Translations under genes and position numbers: made by a program
Notes under the pieces: generated by a model
The model's database searches: none
The model's input: the letters and a program-made list of their open reading frames with translations, nothing else
Told to the model about the DNA's origin: nothing
Shown here: in pieces, positions 54,632 to 64,000 of the stretch
Numbering within the stretch: the first letter of the stretch is position 1
How the letters are laid out: each line of letters opens with the position of its first letter
From: an uncultured Actinomycetes bacterium
GTDB lineage: Bacteria; Actinomycetota; Thermoleophilia; Gaiellales; Gaiellaceae
DNA length: 64,000 nucleotides
Direction of reading: 5' to 3'
Assembly (NCBI GenBank): GCA_963774625.1
Contig: CAVZFQ010000014.1
Location: forward strand, 55,887 to 119,886

Positions 54632-55423
54632 TTGGCGAAAACCCCTCGAACAGCCCATCATTCGATGATGGCGTCCTACCCCGCGCTCAAGGCGGCCCTG
54701 CCCGGGCGCCTCAAGCTCGTCCTCAGGCGCAGCTTCTTGCGGGTCGCATCGATCCTGAACACGGGCTCGAACGTCTCGTGTCCGTGCTGCGGTAGCAGCT
54801 TCCGGAAGTTCGCCCGTTTCCACGGGCTCAACGACCAATGCCCGAGGTGCGGGTCGTTGATGCGACAGCGCGCCGTGACGCTGTACCTCCGGGACGTCCT
54901 GCGTGTACCGGAGAGAGGCGGAGACATCCTTCATATCGGCCCGGCGTCCTCGGTTCAGGGCTGGCTCGTCTCGTTCCCGGCGGTGCACTATGTATCGCTC
55001 GACCTGGACTCTCCGCTGGCCGACATCAAGGGGGATATCACCGATCTCCCGTTCCCCGACGGCTCCTACGATCTGATCGTCTGCCTGCACGTGCTCGAGC
55101 ACGTGCAGGAGGACCGCAAGGCGATCAGCGAGCTCTTTCGAGTGCTGAGGCCCGGAGGCACAGCAGTGATCCAGGTTCCCCCGAGCCCCTTCGAAGAGAC
55201 GCTCGAGGACCCGACGGTGACCGATCCAGCGGAGCGCGAGCGCCGGTACGGGCAATACGACCACGTGCGGCTCTGCGGCTCCGACTATCTCGAGCGGCTC
55301 GAGGAGCCCGGCTTCGCGGTGACTCGAGAGGACTACGCGGAGCGGCTCAACCTGGCCACGCGCTCGCTCTACGAGATTCACGCCGGTGAGCCGTTCTATG
55401 TGTGCCTGAAGCAGCCCGCGTGA
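54632..55423 (+). CDS. Class I SAM-dependent methyltransferase with an N-terminal Cys4 zinc-ribbon
   Basis: CPCCGSSF..x..CPRCGS is followed by ILHIGP...DLDS...DITDLPFPDGSYDLIVCLHVLEHV...RVLRPGG. The start is either TTG 54632 or ATG 54665. Confidence 0.8.
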   Translation: MAKTPRTAHHSMMASYPALKAALPGRLKLVLRRSFLRVASILNTGSNVSCPCCGSSFRKFARFHGLNDQCPRCGSLMRQRAVTLYLRDVLRVPERGGDILHIGPASSVQGWLVSFPAVHYVSLDLDSPLADIKGDITDLPFPDGSYDLIVCLHVLEHVQEDRKAISELFRVLRPGGTAVIQVPPSPFEETLEDPTVTDPAERERRYGQYDHVRLCGSDYLERLEEPGFAVTREDYAERLNLATRSLYEIHAGEPFYVCLKQPA

Positions 55424-56445
55424 AGCGAGTCTCGGTCATGGCGCCGATGTGGAACGAGGCGTCGCACATCGACGGCTTCGTCGCCGACATCGCAGCGCAG
55501 GACTTCGACGGGGAGCTCGAGTTGCTGGTCGCCGACGGAGCATCGAGCGACGGGTCCGTGGAGCGGTTGCGCGGCGCGGCCGAGCGTGAGGGGATCGAGG
55601 TCACGGTTCTCGACAACCCCGCGCGGTGGGTCTCCGCCGGCCTCAACTCGTGCATCCGCTCGGCCACCGGGGACCTCATCGTCCGCGTCGACTGTCACAG
55701 CCGGTACCCGACGGACTACGTGCGAAGGTGCGTGGCCGCGGCCGAGGAGACCGGGGCCGAGAACGTCGGCGGCGTCTTCATTCCGGTCGGCCGCACCGGC
55801 ACCGAGCGTGCAGTGGCCTGCGCCATGAACAGCCCCTTCGGCGGGATTCACTGGACGCGCCACGGAGAGGGCGCGCGCGTCGAGGTCGACACCGTGCCCT
55901 ACGGGGCCTTCACGCCGGATGCGTTCGAGCGGGCGGGGCTCTTCGACGAGACGCTCGTCCGCAACCAGGACGACGAGTTCAACCTGCGGCTGCGCCTCGC
56001 CGGCGGCAAGATCGTGCTCGACCCTGCGATTCGGATCTTCTACACGCCCCGCGGCAGCTTCACCCGGCTCTTTCGGCAGTACTACGAGTACGGGCTCTGG
56101 AAGCCGGCGGTCATGAGCAAGCACGGCCGGGTCGTCAGCGCGCGCAGCCTCGTGCCCATTGTCTTCGTCGGCTCCCTCGCCGTCCTACTCGCGCTCGCGG
56201 CGTTCAGCGTGACTGCGCGCATCCTGCTGGCGCTCGAGCTCGCCGTCTACCTCGCCGGCGCCCTCGTCTTCGGCGTGCGCGCCATCCGTGCGAACAGTGA
56301 GAAGTGGAGCCTGCTCCCGCGCGTGATCGCGTCGTTCGTGGTCTTCCACGTCGCGTACGGGATCGGGATGGCTGCCGGTCTAGCCCGTGTCGGGCTCCGG
56401 CGGCGGCGCAGCGGCGCTTCCGCCGGAGCCGAAGCGCTTCCGTAG
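55420..56445 (+). CDS. Family 2 glycosyltransferase with C-terminal TM segments
   Basis: GTG 55420 overlaps the upstream TGA. VSVMAPMWNEASHI, a DGASSDGS (DxD-like) region, and QDDEFNLR are present. Confidence 0.85.
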   Translation: MKRVSVMAPMWNEASHIDGFVADIAAQDFDGELELLVADGASSDGSVERLRGAAEREGIEVTVLDNPARWVSAGLNSCIRSATGDLIVRVDCHSRYPTDYVRRCVAAAEETGAENVGGVFIPVGRTGTERAVACAMNSPFGGIHWTRHGEGARVEVDTVPYGAFTPDAFERAGLFDETLVRNQDDEFNLRLRLAGGKIVLDPAIRIFYTPRGSFTRLFRQYYEYGLWKPAVMSKHGRVVSARSLVPIVFVGSLAVLLALAAFSVTARILLALELAVYLAGALVFGVRAIRANSEKWSLLPRVIASFVVFHVAYGIGMAAGLARVGLRRRRSGASAGAEALP

Positions 56446-57753
56446 CCGGCGAGCGAACCAGGCGACGTCGCTCGGCCGCGGCACGAGGTCGGACGCTCGC
56501 GCTCCCAGCGTGCGGATGAAGATCGTCGCGACGACGAGGCCCGCTGCCGTGTGCGCCAGGGCGGCCGCCACCGCAGCGCCCGTGCCGCCGAACGGTGGAA
56601 TCAGCACGACGTCGAGCACGACGCTGCACACGAATCCGGCGCCGATGGCCATGCTCTGCAGGCCGGGGTTCCCGCGCGCGACGAGCGCGCTACCGAGGAG
56701 CTTGATCGTCGTGACCCCGATCGAGGCCACGACGAGGATACGAAGCATGCCGACCGAGTCTTGGAACTCGTCACCGAAGATGACCGTGCAGAGGATCGGC
56801 GCCGCCGCGAACATGACGACACCGAAGAGCGCAGTAATGAGGATCACGGCGCGGAAGACGCGCGCGGCCAGTCGCGCCGCCTCGTCCCGTGCGGCCCGAA
56901 CCAGATCCGGCCTCTGGACGTAGGACAGCGCCGTCGGCAAGTACCAGAGGGCTTCGGCCCAGGCGACGGCGACGCTGTAGACCCCGAGCTCGCGCGAGCC
57001 AGCGATTGCGCCCAGCAGCCACTGGTCGAGGCGGTAGTTGCCGAGCAACATGATCCGGCCCGGGTGGGCCCGGGCTCCGAAGGCCAGCGCGCGTTTGGCG
57101 AGCGCCAGATCGGGTCGTCCGAAGCCCGCCAGCCTGCGCTGCACGTACCAGGCAAGCAGCACGGTCTCGAGTGTCTGCCCGGCGAGCCACCAGCCGACCG
57201 CGGTCCCGACAGTGAGGATCCCGAAGGCGTAGAAGAGCCCGTTCCCGACGACGTTCAGCGCCGGTGCGAGCAGATAGGCGGTATTCGTGACCGCGAAGCC
57301 GTAGTCGGCCTGCACGAGGAAGCGGAGGAAGATCTGGAGCAGGATCGCCGGGATGAAGGCGAACGCCACCCAGCGGAGGGTCGGGTCCGACTCGCCGGCG
57401 ACGGCGGGAACGAGGGCGATGAGGCCGGCCAGCACGGCGATCGCCACGCCGCCGAGGACGAGCGAGAGCAGGACCGAGTTCGAAGCCAGCGCGCGCCGTA
57501 CCCGTGGCTCCGACGCTGCGAGGTTGGCATTCGCCTCCTGGAGGCCGAACGTCGCGAGGTTGGCCGTCAGGAACGTGATCGCCGTCAGAAAGGCGACGTT
57601 GCCGCGGCCCTCGGCGCCGAGCGCGCGGGCCACGATCAACACGCTGAGGAGCGACAGAAACGCCGCCGAGACCTGTGTGCCGTACGTCAGCACGGCCGAG
57701 CGGGCAAAGGGCGGCGGAGTTGTGCCGGCTTCGTTGTTCGGCCGTTTCGACAC
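56380..57753 (-). CDS. Polysaccharide flippase (Wzx, MOP/PST family)
   Basis: The ORF starts at GTG 57753 and has about 12-14 hydrophobic segments. Typical PST N-terminus: SAVLTYGTQVSAAFLSLLSVLIVARALGAEGRG. Confidence 0.8.
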   Translation of the reverse strand: MSKRPNNEAGTTPPPFARSAVLTYGTQVSAAFLSLLSVLIVARALGAEGRGNVAFLTAITFLTANLATFGLQEANANLAASEPRVRRALASNSVLLSLVLGGVAIAVLAGLIALVPAVAGESDPTLRWVAFAFIPAILLQIFLRFLVQADYGFAVTNTAYLLAPALNVVGNGLFYAFGILTVGTAVGWWLAGQTLETVLLAWYVQRRLAGFGRPDLALAKRALAFGARAHPGRIMLLGNYRLDQWLLGAIAGSRELGVYSVAVAWAEALWYLPTALSYVQRPDLVRAARDEAARLAARVFRAVILITALFGVVMFAAAPILCTVIFGDEFQDSVGMLRILVVASIGVTTIKLLGSALVARGNPGLQSMAIGAGFVCSVVLDVVLIPPFGGTGAAVAAALAHTAAGLVVATIFIRTLGARASDLVPRPSDVAWFARRLRKRFGSGGSAAAPPPEPDTG

Positions 57754-57939
57754 TATTCTTAGAACCCTAGGCGGCGATGACCTTTCCGGGAACTCACGAC
57801 GCGGCGTACCGGCCGCACATGGACCTGTCTGCCCTTGGGTGGATCGGCCTGGCGGCGGTCCTCGCGTTCGTCGAGGCGTTCGCAGCACTGATCGATTGGC
57901 AGCTCGGGCTCGCGGTCGCCCTGGCGGTGATCTTCGCCG

Positions 57940-59256
57940 GTGATCGTCCTGACTCGGCCCGTTTTGCTCCTCCCGCTGGCCGTGGTGACCGTCTTCATCG
58001 AGTCCCTGGTGTTCGCCGGGCTGCCGGTCACGCGCCTGCTGGCGCCGGCGGCACTGATCATGGTGCTCGTCGAGCTGCTGCGGGGCGGCGCTCGCATCCG
58101 GCCGGGCGCTCCGCTCGTGGCCGCCAGCCTCTACGTGGCGTGGGCCGTGGCGAGCGGCGCCTGGACGATGAGCGCGCCAGGCACCCAGTACCTGCTCCAG
58201 TCCCTCGGCATCTCCCTCGTCTACTTCCTCGCCAGCGCTTCCCTTCCGCGCTCCGAGGATGACCTACGACTTTTTCTCTACGTCGTCGCCTTCGGCGCGG
58301 GTCTCATGGGCACCCTCTCTGTCCTAGCGTTCGCCGGGATGCCGTCACCCCCCGGCATCGATCTGCTCCAGGCCGGGCGCTCGCAAGGAGGTGTCGGCGA
58401 CCCTGACTTCTTCGCTGCGATTCAGCTCGTCGTCGTCCCGCTCGTCCTCGTGCTGGCGAGCGAGACCACGAAGAAGCCGCTCCGGGTCGCTCTCTATCTG
58501 AGCCTGCTGCCGATCCTCGCCTCGATCTTCACATCGCTGTCCCGCGGAGCGTTCATCGGCGTCGTCGTCCTGGGCACGCTCTTCCTCGTCTCGCGCCCGG
58601 AGCGTCTCTTCCGCTCGCGGCAGGAGAAGGCCCTCGCCCTCGTAGTCGTCGCGCTCGGCATGATCGGCTTCTTCTCGCGGCCGTTCCTCCGCGACCAGGT
58701 GGTGACGCGTGCGCAGTCGATCTACGCGCCACAGACTCAGGAGGACAAGACGGGCTCCGGGCGCACGAACATCTGGAAGGCGGCGGCGAGGACGGCGACC
58801 GAGCATCCGGTCCTCGGGGTCGGGTACGGAAGCTTCAGGTACATCTCCGAAGAGCTGATCCTGCAGACGCCGGGCGTCGACCTCGAGGTCTACGGGGACC
58901 GCAGCGAGGGGGACAACTACGCGGCGCACCAGACCTATCTGGGCACCGCCGCGGAGCTGGGCTTCACGGGCCTCTTCCTCTACCTCGGGATCCTGGTCAC
59001 GACCGGGTTGGCGCTGAGACGCACGGTCAAGCGCGCGGCACTCCTGGGGTCGCCGTTCGTGGGCCGTGTCGCCCACGCCCTGCTCCTGGGCCTGATGACT
59101 TGGGCAGTCACCGCTTTCTTCCTCAGCACGGAGACGGCGAGGATGTTCTGGGTCATCGTCGGCCTCAGCCTCGCCTTACCGAGGCTGCTTCCGGAGCCCT
59201 GGGGAGGGGCTGCGAAGGACGACTACCCCGAGCGCTCGAACGCGCCGACGTCGTAG
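57940..59256 (+). CDS. O-antigen polymerase/ligase-like (Wzy_C) membrane protein
   Basis: The polytopic ORF has the periplasmic-loop signature GSGRTNIWKAAARTATEHPVLGVGYGSF...AHQTYLGTAAELGFTG. The GTG start is uncertain (see findings). Confidence 0.8.
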   Translation: MIVLTRPVLLLPLAVVTVFIESLVFAGLPVTRLLAPAALIMVLVELLRGGARIRPGAPLVAASLYVAWAVASGAWTMSAPGTQYLLQSLGISLVYFLASASLPRSEDDLRLFLYVVAFGAGLMGTLSVLAFAGMPSPPGIDLLQAGRSQGGVGDPDFFAAIQLVVVPLVLVLASETTKKPLRVALYLSLLPILASIFTSLSRGAFIGVVVLGTLFLVSRPERLFRSRQEKALALVVVALGMIGFFSRPFLRDQVVTRAQSIYAPQTQEDKTGSGRTNIWKAAARTATEHPVLGVGYGSFRYISEELILQTPGVDLEVYGDRSEGDNYAAHQTYLGTAAELGFTGLFLYLGILVTTGLALRRTVKRAALLGSPFVGRVAHALLLGLMTWAVTAFFLSTETARMFWVIVGLSLALPRLLPEPWGGAAKDDYPERSNAPTS

Positions 59257-60386
59257 CCGCGCCCGGTTGGGCGTTTCCGGCCGGCGATGTCCGTACGCGG
59301 AGCGGAGTCGGCCCGCGCGCGGTCGACCGCAGGGCTTCCGCTCGCGAGCCTGAAATCACGGCGGGAGCGCGAAACGAACTTCGGGTCGGAGCTGATGTTG
59401 CTGCCCAGCCGCAAGGTCGAGCACCCGCGCTGCACCGCCCCGTCGCCGTTGCCGAAGATCACGTTGGCATCGATCGCGACCGGCCCGGTCGGGCAGTCGC
59501 TGTCGGTCTGGACCCCGTACTGGTCGTTGAAGGCGAGGATGTTGTTGCGGATCGTGATGTTGTCGACGCCGCCGGAGCCGCCGACGACGATCCCGCTGTG
59601 CGCCGAGCCGGTCACCGTGTTGTTGACGATGAGCGAGCGGCTGTTCTGGTCGTACACCTGGATCCCGAACCCGAAGGGATGGCTGAAGATCAGGTTGTTC
59701 GCCGCGACGTGGCTACGGCCCTGGAAGTAGAGCCCGTGGCTCTGGTGCTGGCCCGAGACGTGACCCAGGCCGTTGTCGTGGATCCGGTTGCCGAGGATCT
59801 GGAGGTGGTGGGTCTGCTCCTCCGAGAAGACGCCCTGGTCCTGCGAGTAGCGGATCTCGTTGCCCGAGAGCTCGATGTGATGGGCGTCGTCCTGGAAGTA
59901 CACGTTCGTCGAGGACGTGCCCCGGGCGCGCTCCAGGACGAAGCCCCGGATCCGGTAGTAGCCCGTGTCGATCTCGAGCGCTCCGTCCGCGTGTGAGATC
60001 ACCGGCCGCTCCCGCGGGTAGGCGGCGATCGTGATCGGCTTCGCAGCCGTCCCGGGCCTCGTCACCTGGACGTTCTCCCGATAGATGCCCTTACGGACCA
60101 GCGCCCGCTGCCCGGGCCGTAGTGTGCTCGCGGCTCTCTGGATCGTCCGCCAGGGTCGTGCCAGCGTTCCGGGGTTCGAATCGCGCCCTCGGGCAGACAC
60201 GTAGTACGCCCGTCCGCGGGAGAGCGGGAGCGGCTGCGGCAGACCCGATGCGGCGGCTTTTCCCGAAACCGCGGCCGGCTGATCCGACTCATTCGACCGC
60301 GCCTGCTTGTGCGCGCACGCCGCTCCCGGCACGAGCATCGTGACGGCGACGGCGCCGATGAAAATGCTCTTTCTTGGCCCGGCCAT
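59223..60386 (-). CDS. Secreted right-handed parallel beta-helix repeat protein (pectate-lyase fold)
   Basis: The signal is MAGPRKSIFIGAVAVTMLVPGAACA. Repeated ..N.I..N.. beta-helix rungs follow (GNEIRYS, GNRIHDN, ANNLIFS, VNNTVTGS, IRNNILAFN). Confidence 0.75.
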   Translation of the reverse strand: MAGPRKSIFIGAVAVTMLVPGAACAHKQARSNESDQPAAVSGKAAASGLPQPLPLSRGRAYYVSARGRDSNPGTLARPWRTIQRAASTLRPGQRALVRKGIYRENVQVTRPGTAAKPITIAAYPRERPVISHADGALEIDTGYYRIRGFVLERARGTSSTNVYFQDDAHHIELSGNEIRYSQDQGVFSEEQTHHLQILGNRIHDNGLGHVSGQHQSHGLYFQGRSHVAANNLIFSHPFGFGIQVYDQNSRSLIVNNTVTGSAHSGIVVGGSGGVDNITIRNNILAFNDQYGVQTDSDCPTGPVAIDANVIFGNGDGAVQRGCSTLRLGSNISSDPKFVSRSRRDFRLASGSPAVDRARADSAPRTDIAGRKRPTGRGYDVGAFERSG

Positions 60387-60616
60387 GGCGGCGAAGGATA
60401 GCGGCGCGAGTCGTAGCCCAAAACTCGCTGAGAACCGTTTGTCGCACTAGGTATCGATGGTCAGAAAAGTAGGCCGTCCGACCTATTGAACAATGGCCAA
60501 TTCGCTGCAAGTAATACGTAGGGCGTAGGCGAACTAAGCACGGGAGAGGTTGGGGCTCTGCGGCACGTAGCGGCATTACTAGTCTGGTCGGGGCTGCCCG
60601 ACCGGGTGCAGGAAGC

Positions 60617-63595
<2,979 letters not shown>

Positions 63596-64000
63596 CGGTC
63601 GAACCAGAGCGAGAAAGTCAGCAAGGCCCAGATTTTCCGGCTGTTGTCGGCGCGCCGTTCGGCGTGGCTCTCGAGCAGCTGGGTGACGACCTCGGGACGG
63701 AAGAAACCCTGCCGTCGAACGTTCTCCGGCGACAGGACGTCCCTCATCAACGGCTGCAGGTCCTTGCGCAGCCAGGTGCCGATCGGGGGCACGAAGCCCT
63801 TCTTCTTGCCTTCGAGAATCTCTCGTGGGAGGAGGGGAGCGACGGCCTTCCGGAGGAGTCGCTTTTTGGCGAGCCCTCGCACCTTCAGCTTGCTCGGGAG
63901 TGCCAGCGCGAGCTCGGCGACGACCGGGTCGAGGATCGGCACGCGCGCCTCGAGCGAGTGCGCCATGCTCGCTCGGTCCGTCTTGACGAGCATGTCGTCG

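Overview
This is a visibly very high-GC bacterial chromosomal segment (GC not computed; third codon positions are almost all G/C). Gene content and local synteny suggest an Actinomycetota-like organism: recR-ask-asd, acyl-CoA carboxylase alpha and beta subunits, a SARP/BTAD regulator and an LDH-like mdh. A Thermoleophilia/Rubrobacteria-type lineage is my guess only. No rRNA, CRISPR array, transposase or prophage was seen.

Nt 1-44000 hold housekeeping and central metabolism. They begin with a Firmicute-style rlmB(fragment)-yacP-sigH block, a PD-(D/E)XK nuclease and tRNA-Thr(UGU). TCA and anaplerotic genes are then unusually concentrated: pccB-like, accA-like, sucC/sucD, mdh, icd, citrate synthase, pckA and a non-classical sdhA/sdhB/CCG-subunit operon. 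Interspersed are a GGDEF+HD-GYP membrane protein, an NlpC/P60 hydrolase, pgsA, two tandem Xer-type recombinases, ask-asd, recR, a histidine kinase and receiver pair, and a roughly 1270-codon SARP-cyclase-ATPase-TPR gene broken by two frameshifts.

Nt 44000-64000 are a surface-glycan island with Wzx/Wzy-type logic. It encodes a DegT aminotransferase, an initiating sugar transferase, a nucleotidyltransferase, a GT2, a flippase, an O-antigen-polymerase-like protein, a deacetylase, a methyltransferase, a kinase-like protein, a beta-helix protein and asnB.

The best candidate for an undescribed system sits inside that island. It is a translationally coupled LLM monooxygenase - adenylation enzyme - carrier protein - GNAT - formyltransferase cassette, preceded by a nucleotidyltransferase::flavin-reductase fusion.

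Other notable items:
- A 992-aa secreted LamG/metallophosphatase protein with a P27-D-P13-D-P13-D-P27 polyproline tract.
- Unrelated genes wedged with overlapping stop/start codons into the sucCD and sdhAB operons.
- Several unannotatable-by-length micro-ORFs with near-perfect Shine-Dalgarno sites.
- Four clear same-sign frameshifts, and possibly a fifth.

All functional calls rest on motif recognition by eye. No searches were run.
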